The position numbers were made by a program, and so were the translations under genes. The notes under the pieces were generated by a model. The model ran no database searches, had not been told where the DNA came from, and was given only the letters and a program-made list of their open reading frames with translations. From an uncultured beta proteobacterium (GTDB taxonomy: Bacteria > Pseudomonadota > Gammaproteobacteria > Burkholderiales > JAEUMW01), in NCBI GenBank assembly GCA_963719715.1, contig CAVRDD010000030.1:92140-156139 (forward strand): a stretch of 64,000 bases of DNA, written 5' to 3'. Shown piece by piece: positions 10,061 to 20,325 of this stretch. Numbering within the stretch: the stretch's first letter is position 1; each line of letters opens with the position of its first letter.

Positions 10061-10681
10061 TTGTCATTCCGAGAACAGCGCATTTATCTGGCGTCCCGCA
10101 GCCCGCGCCGCCGCGAACTCCTGAAGCAGATCGGCGTTCCTTTCGATGTGCTGCTGCTGCGCGAGGATCCCGCACGCGGGGAGGACATCGACGAGCGCAT
10201 GCTGGAAGGGGAGAGTCCGCAGGAGTACGTCACACGCATTGCCCGGGCGAAAGCGGAACTCGGCTGGGTTCGAGTGCTGCAGCGGCGCCTGCGACCGAAT
10301 CCCGTTCTCGGCGCCGACACCTCGGTCGTGGTCGACGGCGAGGCGCTCGGCAAACCGGAGGGACGGCAGGACGCTGAGCGCATGCTCGCCAAGCTGTCCG
10401 GGCGTCAGCATCAGGTACTGTCAGCGGTTGCGCTCTGCTATCGCGACCTGGTGGAACTGCGGCTTTCCTCGACGACGGTGGAGTTTCGGGCGTTGAACGA
10501 GCAGGAAATCCGCCGTTACGTCGCCACTGGGGAGCCGCTCGACAAAGCCGGCGGCTACGCCATCCAAGGCCGTGGTGCCGCATTCGTCCGCAGCATTTCC
10601 GGGAGCTACTCCGGCGTCATGGGGCTGCCGCTGTTCGAGACGGTTGAACTGATGCAACACTTCGGCTTCGACGTTCTGTGA
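10061..10681 (+). CDS. maf: Maf-like nucleoside triphosphate pyrophosphatase.
   Basis: Maf motifs are present: IYLASRSPRRRELLKQIG, GADTSVVVDGEALGKP and DKAGGYAIQG. Confidence 0.85.
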   Translation: MSFREQRIYLASRSPRRRELLKQIGVPFDVLLLREDPARGEDIDERMLEGESPQEYVTRIARAKAELGWVRVLQRRLRPNPVLGADTSVVVDGEALGKPEGRQDAERMLAKLSGRQHQVLSAVALCYRDLVELRLSSTTVEFRALNEQEIRRYVATGEPLDKAGGYAIQGRGAAFVRSISGSYSGVMGLPLFETVELMQHFGFDVL

Positions 10682-12132
10682 CTGAAGAGATCCTGGTCAA
10701 CGTCACGCCGCAGGAAACGCGCGTTACGGTGATGCAGCAGGGGGTGGTGCAGGAACTGCACATCGAGCGCGCGAGCAGCCGCGGGCTTGTCGGCAACGTC
10801 TACCTTGGCCGGGTTGCGCGCGTCCTGCCCGGAATGCAGTCCGCGTTCATCGACATCGGACTCGATCGCGCCGCCTTCCTGCACGTCGCCGACATCTGGG
10901 GCAATCGCCACGGCGGCGAGGAGTCGAAGCCGATCGAGAAACTGCTCGCCGAAGGCCAGAACATCCTGGTGCAGGTGATCAAGGATCCGATCGGCACCAA
11001 GGGTGCGCGTCTGTCGACGCAGGTGAGCATTGCCGGGCGTTTTCTGGTCTACCTGCCGCAGGAGTCGCACATCGGCATCTCGCAGCGGATCGAGGACGAA
11101 GTCGAACGCACACACCTGCGGGAGAGGCTGCAACAGGCACTTCCCGGAGACGAGACCGGCGGCTTCATCATCCGCACGATGGCCGAGGCCGCGACGATTC
11201 CGGAACTCGCGTCCGACATCGACTATCTGCGACGCCTGTGGCGCGGCATTCGCGAGGAGTCGGTGCAGGCGAGCGCGCCCGCTGCGCTGTACCAGGACCT
11301 CAACCTGAGCCTGCGCGTGCTGCGTGACTTCGTCAGCGACGAGACCACACGCGTGCTGGTGGATTCGCGCGAGACACACCAGAAGATGCTGGCGTTCGCG
11401 CAAGCGTACACCCGGAACTTCAGCGATCGTGTGGATCATTACAGCGGCGAGCGCCCGCTCTTCGATCTCTACGCGGTAGAGGACGAAATCGAGCGTGCGC
11501 TCGCGCGCAGGGTCGACCTCAAGTCCGGCGGCTACCTCATCATCGATCAGACCGAAGCGCTTACCACAGTTGATGTGAACACCGGCGGCTATGTGGGGGG
11601 GCGCAATTTCGACGACACAATTTTCAAGACCAATCTAGAAGCGGCGCAGGCGATTGCGCGGCAACTGCGGCTGCGCAACCTAGGCGGCATCATCATCATC
11701 GACTTCATCGACATGGACAACGAAGATCACCGCAATGCCGTGCTCTCGGAGTTCCGCAAGGCGCTCGCGCGTGACCGCACGCGCATGTCGGTGAACGGCT
11801 TTACCGCTCTTGGTCTGGTGGAGATGACGCGCAAACGCACCCGCGAGAGCTTAGCGCACGTGCTGTGCGAGGCCTGTCCGACCTGCCAGGGGCGGAGTGA
11901 GGTGAAGACTGCGCAGACGGTGTGCTACGAGATCCTGCGCGAAATCCTGCGCGAGGACAGGCAGTTCAACGCCCGCGAATATCGCATTCTCGGCGCGCAG
12001 GCGGTGATTGATCTCTTCCTCGACGAGGAATCGCAGAGTCTCGCGATGCTGGGCGACTTCATCGGCAAGCCGATCGCGTTGCAGGTGGAGAATCAGTACT
12101 TTCCAGAGCAGTACGACGTCATCCTGATCTGA
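10678..12132 (+). CDS. rng: Ribonuclease G.
   Basis: The 484 aa ORF has an S1 domain (GNVYLGRVARVLPGMQSAFIDIG) and an RNase E/G catalytic core (TEALTTVDVNTGGYVG, GGIIIIDFIDM). Its GTG overlaps the maf stop (GTGA). Confidence 0.9.
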   Translation: MTEEILVNVTPQETRVTVMQQGVVQELHIERASSRGLVGNVYLGRVARVLPGMQSAFIDIGLDRAAFLHVADIWGNRHGGEESKPIEKLLAEGQNILVQVIKDPIGTKGARLSTQVSIAGRFLVYLPQESHIGISQRIEDEVERTHLRERLQQALPGDETGGFIIRTMAEAATIPELASDIDYLRRLWRGIREESVQASAPAALYQDLNLSLRVLRDFVSDETTRVLVDSRETHQKMLAFAQAYTRNFSDRVDHYSGERPLFDLYAVEDEIERALARRVDLKSGGYLIIDQTEALTTVDVNTGGYVGGRNFDDTIFKTNLEAAQAIARQLRLRNLGGIIIIDFIDMDNEDHRNAVLSEFRKALARDRTRMSVNGFTALGLVEMTRKRTRESLAHVLCEACPTCQGRSEVKTAQTVCYEILREILREDRQFNAREYRILGAQAVIDLFLDEESQSLAMLGDFIGKPIALQVENQYFPEQYDVILI

Positions 12133-12163
12133 GGACTGCCGCTTCGCCGTGGTGGCAGTGGCG

Positions 12164-14110
12164 TCACGCGGCGTGGATTTCCGCTGCCGTGTTCTCGTGG
12201 TTCGAGATCACCTTCCTGACGCCGACGAGATCGGCGTGTCGCTCGCGCAGGACGTTCTTCTGCGCGTCCAGCTCGCGAATCCGTCCATGGAGGTCGTTCA
12301 GGTTGTCCGCCATCCGCCGAAAGCCCTCGACCTTGCGGGTGAGCAGCGCTTCGTGCTCCTTGATCTGCAGCGAGAGGGGGCCGAGGGCAGACCTGAGCCA
12401 GACGTCCACTTCGTTGCGCGCGCCGTCGAACACCTCGCGCGCCTGTACGACGAGCCCGTTGTAGAAGCGGCGAACCAGGAAGTGCTTTTCGGTCATGACG
12501 TTGACCGGGTCGCGACAGAAATCCTCGACCTGCTTCTGCAGGGCGAACATGGCGACCGTGTGGCGCTCGAGATTGAGCGGCGGCGGCACCAGACGTGCAA
12601 AGCCGTGGCTTTCGTGAAAGCGCTCATAGACGCCTTCGACCAGTTTCTGCACGTCGGCCGAGAACTTGAGGATCTTGTGGCTCTGCGCCGAGTAGTGCTC
12701 GAAAAGCGATTGCATGGCACGCATGAGGCCGCGCGTGGTCCAGCTCCCCTCGATCTCTTCGCGGCCCTGCTCCAGGATATGCTCGATGAACCCTGAATCG
12801 AGATTCGTGAGGAGCATGCCTCCCTGCTTGATGACCGCCGGCGGAAGCGAGTTTGAAACCCTGTACCTGCGCGGCGTACGCGGCGCGATCCGCTTCCAGT
12901 TTCGTCAGCATCGCCTTCGCAACCGCCCGGTTCTTGCCGGACAGCTGTACGAGTTCCTTCAGTTCGGTGCGGATGGCATCGAGCTGATTCTCCACAGTCT
13001 GCAGCGAGGATTGGACCATGGCGCCGATCTCACGCTCGACTGCTGCACGCAGGATCTCCTGTTTCGCTGGGACGATCTCCTCGGCGAGCACGCGTTCGAG
13101 TGCTCTGATGCCGCTGCGCGCGAGCAGCTGCCTCGTCGTCGCGGACCTTGGCGACCAGCGCCTTCTGCGCGGAGACGGCGAAGACGTGCCGGCGCGGCAG
13201 ACTGCAGGATCTGCGCAGTGCTGTCGATCTGACGCTCGATGCTGGCGGAGATGCCGGCTGCACCTTTGAGATCGTCCCACAGCAGATCGATCTTGTTCAG
13301 CACGGCGAGGCGCCGCGGCACGAAGGTCTGGACGTATTTCTGCCAGACTTCGAGATCGGACTTCGTAACGCCCGTGTCCATTGCCAGCACGAAGACCACC
13401 GCATGGGCGTTCGGAATCATCGAGAGCGTAAGCTCAGGCTCGGTTCCCAGCGCATTCAGGCCGGGTGTGTCGAGAATGACGAGGCCGTTCTTGAGCAAAG
13501 GATGCGGGTAGTTGATGAGCGCGTGACGCCAAGCGGGAATCTCGACGCGGTCCGCCTCCCGCAGCATGACGGTTGAAGTCGCGGGACCTGACTCGTCTAG
13601 CAGCCCAAGGTCGCGCGCCTCCTGGACGGTCACCGTCTTCGAGCGCGCCAGCTCCTGCATGGCCTGCGCCATCTCGTCGTGGGAATCGAGATTGAGCCTG
13701 AGCTTCACCCAGTCGACGGGCGAGCGCTTCAGGGTCGCGATGCTTTCGTTTCGCTTGCGCGTTTCGATCGGCAGGAGCTTGATCTGTGGCGGCTCGTTCG
13801 GATCGTAGAAGATCTCCGTCGGGCACATGGTGGTGCGCCCGACATCGGACGGCAGCAGCCGTCGCTTGTAGTTGGCGAAGAAAAGAGCGTTGATGAGTTC
13901 GGTTTTGCCGCGTGAAAACTCGGCGACGAACGCCAGCGTGACGCGATCCTGGCGCAGGCTTTCGATGAGATCGTAGATGCGCAGCGCGTTCTGGATGTCG
14001 GCGTGACCGTTCGCGTCGAGCCAGGCCTGGTACGCCTCGATGCCTTGAATGAGGCGCTGACGCCATTCGGAATAGCGGGCGACCTGCTGCTCCAACGCGC
14101 TGTTGTTCAT
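12164..14110 (-). pseudogene. Bacterial dynamin-like GTPase (about 650 aa) with three frame breaks.
   Basis: The GTPase motifs are G1 AEFSRGKTELINAL, G3 ILDTPG and G4 LNKID. The coding sequence passes through ORFs 12959..14446, 13030..13263, 12624..13280 and 12164..12817. Breaks lie near 13201, 13116 and 12860. Confidence 0.75.
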
Positions 14111-14446
14111 TGTTGTTCCCAAGCGGTCAAACGGCTCTTCGGCGTCGGCACCCGGTGCGTCCAGTTCCACCACCTTACGGCGGGCGTGACGCCCCGCGCG
14201 GATCCGGATGCGACTTGGCGGCAGGTCGAAGGCACGGCTCAGGAAATCGATCAGCGCGGTGTTGGCCCGGTCGTCTGCGGCAGGGGCGGCGATTCGGATC
14301 TTCAGCAACTCGCCATGGAGACCGGCCACCTCGGTGCGTCGGGCGCCCGGCTGGACGGCAAGCGATAGCGTGAGCTTCTCGCCACTTCGTCGATACCAAC
14401 TCGGCGGGGCAGGGTCCGAATCGGTGCCCTTACCCGTCGGGTGCAT
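14111..14446 (-). CDS. yggU: DUF167 (YggU) family protein. The annotated frame has no stop before the dynamin ATG.
   Basis: The sequence LTLSLAVQPGARRTEVAGLHGELLKIRIAAPAADDRANTALIDFLSRAF is typical of YggU. Its ATG lies directly after the yggT stop. The 3' end is uncertain (see noticed_but_rejected). Confidence 0.6.
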
Positions 14447-14449
14447 CGC

Positions 14450-15037
14450 CTACGCAATCAACATGCCAAGCACCAGACGCTCCAGCGCCGCGACGGGAAG
14501 CATCAGCAGCAACTGGCACACCACGAAGACCACCAAGGGGGACAGATCGACGCCTCCGAGCAGCGGCAGACGCCCCTGGAGCGGCCGCAGGAACGGCCGC
14601 GTCAGACTTTCGAGCAGAAACATCGCGGGGCTACCCGGGCTCACCCAGCTCATAACAGCCAGTATGAGCACCAGCCCCATGATCAGATAGATTGCCATGC
14701 GCAGCACATGCAAAGCCGCCAGCAGGACGATCACGATGCCGGTCAAGGGCGGTGAACTGGCGCTCGGGAGTGGGCGCACACCGAGAAAATCGAGTCCTGC
14801 CAAGAGGAGGACTGCAGCCAGCAATGCCGCGGCCACGCTGGCAAGGTCGTATCCCCACAGCCCCGGCACGATCCGTCGCAGTGGCCGGACAGCGAAATCA
14901 GTCACCGCCATGACGAAGCGCGAGAACGGATGTGCATAGGCAGTGCGGCTCCATTGCATGAAGAACCGAATCAGCGCTGCGAATATGAACAGGCTGAATG
15001 CGGTGTCGAGCAGGAATCCGATAGCCTGTCCGAACAT
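14450..15037 (-). CDS. yggT: YggT family membrane protein.
   Basis: The 195 aa ORF contains two YGGT repeats (AALIRFFMQW..., SPLVVFVVCQLLL). Confidence 0.85.
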   Translation of the reverse strand: MFGQAIGFLLDTAFSLFIFAALIRFFMQWSRTAYAHPFSRFVMAVTDFAVRPLRRIVPGLWGYDLASVAAALLAAVLLLAGLDFLGVRPLPSASSPPLTGIVIVLLAALHVLRMAIYLIMGLVLILAVMSWVSPGSPAMFLLESLTRPFLRPLQGRLPLLGGVDLSPLVVFVVCQLLLMLPVAALERLVLGMLIA

Positions 15038-15055
15038 CGTGCGGCAGTAGCGCTG

Positions 15056-15877
15056 TTAGTCGCGTTGCCCGAGCTCTGCGCCAAGTTCACGCGAACGTTC
15101 TGCGGCGGCGACAACGGCGCGCGCAACGGTAGCCTTCAGGTCAGCAGCCTCAAGCGATTGAATGGCGCGCTCGGTCGTGCCGCCGGGCGAGGTCACGCGC
15201 GCGCGCAGAGTGCTGGCATCCTCTGGGCATTCGGCTGCCACGCGTGCAGCACCGAGAACGGTCTGCAGTGTAAGTAGGCGCGCCGACGACGCGTCGAGAC
15301 CGAGGTGTCGGGCCGCTTCCTCCAGAGCCTCGATGAAGTAGTAGACATAGGCCGGTCCGCTTCCTGACACGGCCGTCACTGCATCCATGGCGTCTTCGTC
15401 AGTGAGCCACAGCGTCTCGCCGACGGCACTCAATATGCCTTCTGCAAGATTGCGCTCGCTTGCGTTCGCCGCCGCGGCCGCAAAGAGCGCAGACATGCCG
15501 CAGCCCAGAACAGCGGGAGTGTTGGGCATGGCGCGCACGATCCGGCGATAACCTCCCAGCCATCGACTCAGGTCGCTGGTGCGGATTCCCGCGGCGATGG
15601 AGATCAGCAACTGATGGTGCATGTAGTTCGCCAGACTGCCCGCGACCTCGCGCAGCTGCTGGGGCTTGATCGCGAGCACGATGCACTCGCACGAAGTGAA
15701 GCCGGCGTCGATCGACTCACGAGCGTCGATGCCGAAGCGATCGCGCAGGCGTTTGCGCGCATCTGCGCTTACTTCCACGACTTGCAACTGACTGCTGGAG
15801 AATCCCTTTCCGAGCAGGCCGCCGATCAAGGCGGATGCCATGTGGCCACCGCCGACAAAACCGATGCTGACTGACAA
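15056..15877 (-). CDS. proC: Pyrroline-5-carboxylate reductase.
   Basis: The N-terminus has IGFVGGGHMASALIGGL and the C-terminus has the motif VTSPGGTTERAI. Confidence 0.9.
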   Translation of the reverse strand: MSVSIGFVGGGHMASALIGGLLGKGFSSSQLQVVEVSADARKRLRDRFGIDARESIDAGFTSCECIVLAIKPQQLREVAGSLANYMHHQLLISIAAGIRTSDLSRWLGGYRRIVRAMPNTPAVLGCGMSALFAAAAANASERNLAEGILSAVGETLWLTDEDAMDAVTAVSGSGPAYVYYFIEALEEAARHLGLDASSARLLTLQTVLGAARVAAECPEDASTLRARVTSPGGTTERAIQSLEAADLKATVARAVVAAAERSRELGAELGQRD

Positions 15878-16082
15878 TTGAGAACTCCGAAACTGGCGGA
15901 CTTAAGCGAGTCCGAATGAAGACTTGGCTACCCTGGTTCAAAAAAACGGGATGAGCGGGCGCACTCCCAATACTTCGACCGTCAATCTACGGCTATTGGC
16001 AGTATAGGCGGGCAGAGCAGGTGGCGGCAACCGAGCATGCCGGAGGGGTTGGGCAATGCGTGCGAAAGTCTGGACCCAGACT

Positions 16083-16766
16083 TCAGGGTCGAGGACCGAA
16101 AATCGCAGTGCCAATGCGTACGATCGTGGCTCCCTCAAGAACTGCCGCCTCGAGATCGTCCGACATGCCCATCGAGAGGGTATCGAGCGCGATCCCGTCC
16201 GCGACGATGCGGTCTTTGAGATCGCGAGCGATACGAAACCAGTGGCGCTGTGGAGCCTGATCGCGCTCGCGTGGCGGCAACACCATCAGTCCGCGCAGAC
16301 GCAGGCGAGGCAGCATGGCTACGGTCCTTGCCAGAGCGATCGCATGCTCCGGCGCCACGCCTGACTTGCTCGCTTCGCCACTTACGTTGACCTGCAGGCA
16401 GACGTCGAGCGGGGGGAGATGCGGTGGACGAGCCGCGGACAGTCTCTCTGCAGACTTCTCGCGATCGATGCCGTGGACCCAGGCAAAGTTCTCGGCCAGG
16501 ACGCGTGTCTTATTGCTCTGAATGGGGCCGACGAAGTGCCATTCGATATGTAAATCCGACAGCTGGCCTATCTTTTGCACCCCCTCCTGCGCGTAATTTT
16601 CGCCGAAGGCGTGCTGGCCCGCCTGCCATGCTTCCCTGAGGCGGATTGCCGGCCATGCCTTGCTGACAGCTAGCAACCTGATCTCTGATGCATTGCGGCC
16701 AGCCGCGCTTGCGGCGCGATCGATCCGCTTCCGCACAGATTGCAGGGCTGAAGCCAGTGTGGACAT
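16083..16766 (-). CDS. yggS: YggS-family pyridoxal phosphate homeostasis protein.
   Basis: I use the internal ATG (MSTLASALQSVRKRI). Family motifs are LLAVSKAWP, WHFVGPIQSNK and LSMGMSDDLEAAV. Confidence 0.85.
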   Translation of the reverse strand: MSTLASALQSVRKRIDRAASAAGRNASEIRLLAVSKAWPAIRLREAWQAGQHAFGENYAQEGVQKIGQLSDLHIEWHFVGPIQSNKTRVLAENFAWVHGIDREKSAERLSAARPPHLPPLDVCLQVNVSGEASKSGVAPEHAIALARTVAMLPRLRLRGLMVLPPRERDQAPQRHWFRIARDLKDRIVADGIALDTLSMGMSDDLEAAVLEGATIVRIGTAIFGPRP

Positions 16767-16864
16767 AATGCTTGGACCCTTCTCGAGGGTAGGTCTAATA
16801 CGTTGATCGCTATTGAATTTCTGGTCGCATCCAGACGCGGATGCGTGCCTCGGAGTCGATTGTA

Positions 16865-17909
16865 ATGGACATTGCCGAACTGCTCGCATTCGCCGTCAAG
16901 AACAAGGCCTCGGACCTGCACTTGTCGTCTGGATTGCCGCCGATGATCCGTGTGCACGGCGACGTACGCCGCATCAATCTTCCGGCCATGGAACACAAGG
17001 ATGTCCATGGCATGGTGTACGACATCATGAACGACGGCCAGCGGAAATCCTACGAGGAGAATCTGGAGTGTGACTTCTCGTTCTCGATTCCCGAACTTGG
17101 CCCGATTTCGCGTCAATGCCTTCGTTCAGCATCGCGGTGCCGGTGCGGTGTTCCGCACCATTCCCTCGAAGGTGCTGACGCTCGAGGATCTGAAGGCGCC
17201 GGAAATTTTCAAGGACATCTCGAATCAGCCGCGCGGCATCGTGCTTGTGACCGGGCCAACGGGCTCCGGCAAGTCCACCACCCTCGCCGCAATGGTCAAC
17301 TTCATCAACGAGAACGAGCACGGCCACATACTCACCGTCGAGGATCCGATCGAGTTCGTCCACGAGTCGAAGAAATGCCTCATCAACCAGCGCGAGGTCG
17401 GGCCGCATACGCTCTCTTTTTCGAACGCGTTGCGCTCGGCGCTGCGCGAGGATCCAGACGTGATCCTGGTGGGTGAGATGCGCGACCTCGAAACCATTCG
17501 CCTCGCTCTCACCGCGGCGGAGACCGGTCACCTCGTGTTCGGTACCCTGCATACGAGTTCGGCGGCGAAGACCATCGACCGGATCATCGATGTCTTTCCC
17601 GCGGCGGAGAAGGAAATGGTGCGCGCGATGCTGTCCGAATCGCTGCGGTCGGTGATATCGCAGACGCTGCTGAAGACCAAGGACGGCAGCAGCCGGGTCG
17701 CCGCGCACGAGATCATGATCGGCACGCCGGCAATCCGCAACCTCATTCGCGAGAACAAGATCGCGCAGATGTACTCGGCGATCCAGACCGGCCAACAGCT
17801 TGGCATGCAGACGCTTGATCAGAACCTGCTGGACCTCGTCCGGCGCAACGTCGTGTCGGCTGCGGAAGCGCGCAACCGTGCAATGAACAAGGACATGTTC
17901 GTCGGCTGA
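16865..17909 (+). pseudogene. pilT: Type IV pilus twitching motility ATPase PilT, with one frame break.
   Basis: The N-terminus is MDIAELLAFAVKNKASDLHLSSGLPPMIRVHGD. The junction reads FSIPELG|RFRVNAF, and an extra C in the CCC at 17101-17103 causes the break. A Walker A motif GPTGSGKSTT is present. Confidence 0.85.
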
Positions 17910-17937
17910 TCAGGCCGAGCGTAGCGGGGAGCACAGT

Positions 17938-19074
17938 ATGGAAAGAGACCAGGCAGTCAAGTTCATGAACGACCTGCTGCGGGTCATGGTGAGCAAGAAG
18001 GCGTCAGACCTCTTCATCACCGCAGGATTTCCCCCGGCCTTCAAGGTCGACGGCAAGGTGACGCCGATCTCGAATCAGACGCTGTCCCCGACCCATACGC
18101 AGGAACTCGCGCGTTCGATCATGAACGACAAGCAGGCGGAGGAGTTCGAGGCGACCAAGGAATGCAACTTCGCCATCAGCCCACCAGGTGTCGGCCGCTT
18201 CCGCGTCAATGCGTTCGTTCAGCAGGCGCGAGTGGGTCTTGTCCTGCGTACGATCAACTCGGCGATCCCGAAAATCGAGGAGCTCGGTCTGCCACCGCAA
18301 CTCAAGGAGATCGCGCTGACCAAGCGCGGACTCGTGGTGTTCGTCGGCGGCACGGGTTCCGGCAAATCGACCTCACTCGCCGCGATGATCGGCTATCGTA
18401 ACGAGACCACGTACGGGCACATCGTCACCATCGAGGACCCGATCGAGTACGTGCACGATCACCGGAACTGCATCGTCACTCAACGCGAAGTTGGGGTCGA
18501 CACGGATTCGTGGCACGCGGCGCTCAAGAATACGCTGCGCCAAGCCCCGGACGTGATTCTGATCGGCGAGATCCGCGACCGCGACACCATGGACTACGCT
18601 ATCGCGTTTGCCGAAACGGGGCACCTTGCGATGGCCACTCTGCACGCCAACAGCGCCAACCAGGCCCTCGATCGCATTATCAACTTCTTCCCAGAGGAGC
18701 GGCGTTCACAGCTGCTCATGGATCTGTCGCTCAACCTGAGGGCGTTCGTGTCGCAGCGACTGATTCCGATGAAGGACAGCAAGGGTCGCGCTGCCGCGGT
18801 GGAGATTCTCATCAACTCGCCGTTGATCTCCGATCTGATCTTCAAGGGCGACGTGCACGAGATCAAGGGAATCATGGCGAAGTCGCGCGAGCTCGGCATG
18901 CAGACCTTCGACCAGCATCTCTTCGATCTCTACGAAGAGGGGAAAATCACCTACGAAGACGCGCTGCGCAACGCCGATTCGGTCAACGATCTGCGTCTAC
19001 GAATCAAGCTTTACAGTCGGACGTCGAAAGACCGCGACCTCACCAGCGGCCTCGATAATCTGACGATCGTTTAG
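17938..19074 (+). CDS. pilU: Type IV pilus ATPase PilU.
   Basis: The 378 aa ORF has GGTGSGKSTSLAAM and the PilT/PilU family core. It sits directly after pilT. Confidence 0.85.
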   Translation: MERDQAVKFMNDLLRVMVSKKASDLFITAGFPPAFKVDGKVTPISNQTLSPTHTQELARSIMNDKQAEEFEATKECNFAISPPGVGRFRVNAFVQQARVGLVLRTINSAIPKIEELGLPPQLKEIALTKRGLVVFVGGTGSGKSTSLAAMIGYRNETTYGHIVTIEDPIEYVHDHRNCIVTQREVGVDTDSWHAALKNTLRQAPDVILIGEIRDRDTMDYAIAFAETGHLAMATLHANSANQALDRIINFFPEERRSQLLMDLSLNLRAFVSQRLIPMKDSKGRAAAVEILINSPLISDLIFKGDVHEIKGIMAKSRELGMQTFDQHLFDLYEEGKITYEDALRNADSVNDLRLRIKLYSRTSKDRDLTSGLDNLTIV

Positions 19075-19092
19075 GCACGGCACCGGCCGCCT

Positions 19093-20253
19093 TCATCCTG
19101 CCGCGACCCCGGGTGTCCCGCGCAGCGATCCCGTCGTCATTTTGTACTCGTACAGCCGGCACTCGATCGGTCCGTTGAAGAGCGGGGTGCGCTTCGACGC
19201 CCTGAGGTGGATCAGCTTCGGCAACTCGCCGTCGGCGGTCAGGATACATGCCCGCCAGCCGGCGAAGCGCTGCTTCAGCAGGTCGCCGAGCCTGGGGTAG
19301 AGAGCACGTGTTTGCGTCTCGTTGCCGAGTCGAACCCCGTAGGGCGGGTTCATGAGCATCACGCCTTCGGCGGCCGGCGCCGTCGCGTCGAGCACGTCGC
19401 GGCGCTGCAATTGGATCGCTTCCGCGACGCGGGCTTCCGCAAGATTCTCGCGGGCCAATTCCAGGATGTTTGCATCCCGGTCGCTGCCGAAGATCGGTAG
19501 AGGTTTCGCGTCGAGCGCATGCGACTGCAATTCCGACTTCGCGCGCTGAAACGCCTTCAGGTCGAAAGGCCTCAGTTTCTGGAATCCGAACGGGCGCCGT
19601 AAGCCCGGCGCACGGCGCAGGGACATCAGAGCAGCCTCGACGAGGAACGTGCCGCTCCCGCACATCGGGTCGTAAAGCGGTGTTCCGACGGTCCAGCCAG
19701 ACAACATCAGAATGCCGGCGGCGAGGTTTTCCCTCAGGGGTGCCTCACCACCGCCTGTGCGCCAACCGCGCTTGAAGAGCGCTTCGCCGGACGTATCGAG
19801 GTACATCGTCCAGCGCCCGGCGTCGAGAAAGGCATGGATCCGAACGTCGGGGCGTGCCGTATCCACGTTGGGCCGTTGACCGGTGCTCGCGCGCATCTCA
19901 TCGCATATCGCATCCTTGACGCGAAGAGTGACGAACTCGAGGCTTCTGAGCGGCGAGCGAATGGCGGCGACATCCACACGGATGGTCCGCTCGGGACCGA
20001 ACCAATCGCACCAGGGAAGGGCACGCGCCCCGGCGTAGATGTCTTCCGCCGTGGCGTAGTCGCCGGCGCCGATGCGCCACAGCACGCGACTGGCGATTCG
20101 GCTCAGCAGATTCACGCGCATGGCGAGCACGAGGTCGCCTGTGAAGCCAACGCCGCCGGGCTTGCACCCCGCCTCCTGCGCGCCGACTTCTTGCAGTTCG
20201 GCGGAGAGGACCGATTCGAGCCCGCGCGGGCAGGGGGCAAAGAAGGACTCCAT
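19093..20253 (-). CDS. THUMP-domain class I SAM-dependent RNA methyltransferase (RlmL/COG0116-like).
   Basis: SAM-binding DPMCGSGTFLVEA and the catalytic motif NPPYGVRLG are present, with an N-terminal THUMP-like region. Confidence 0.75.
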   Translation of the reverse strand: MESFFAPCPRGLESVLSAELQEVGAQEAGCKPGGVGFTGDLVLAMRVNLLSRIASRVLWRIGAGDYATAEDIYAGARALPWCDWFGPERTIRVDVAAIRSPLRSLEFVTLRVKDAICDEMRASTGQRPNVDTARPDVRIHAFLDAGRWTMYLDTSGEALFKRGWRTGGGEAPLRENLAAGILMLSGWTVGTPLYDPMCGSGTFLVEAALMSLRRAPGLRRPFGFQKLRPFDLKAFQRAKSELQSHALDAKPLPIFGSDRDANILELARENLAEARVAEAIQLQRRDVLDATAPAAEGVMLMNPPYGVRLGNETQTRALYPRLGDLLKQRFAGWRACILTADGELPKLIHLRASKRTPLFNGPIECRLYEYKMTTGSLRGTPGVAAG

Positions 20254-20325
20254 CGGGTTTTCGGCAGCGGTACGAAACGCGGAATTCTACGCTATAGTCC
20301 CGCCGTTCCTTTTCCCTTGCCTGTC

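Noticed and set aside
12133-12163. A possible bidirectional terminator hairpin between the convergent rng and dynamin genes (CTGCC…GGCAG).
   Set aside because: The stem is only 5 bp with a 12-nt loop and no flanking T/A tracts. That is too weak to call.
14100-14180. Apparent in-frame fusion of YggU (DUF167) to the dynamin-like GTPase. ORF 12959..14446 reads ...VVELDAPGADAEEPFDRLGTTMNNSALEQQ with no stop.
   Set aside because: Removing any single base in the yggU tail gives a frame that ends ...caa caa TGA, with the TGA overlapping the dynamin ATG (ATGA). This is the same coupling pattern seen elsewhere in the window. Given the one-extra-base error pattern, a real fusion is unlikely.
19834-20325. 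A 164-codon N-terminal extension of the acyl-CoA ligase ORF.
   Set aside because: The extension is antisense to the THUMP methyltransferase gene and has no AMP-ligase similarity. A family-typical N-terminus begins at the ATG at 20326.
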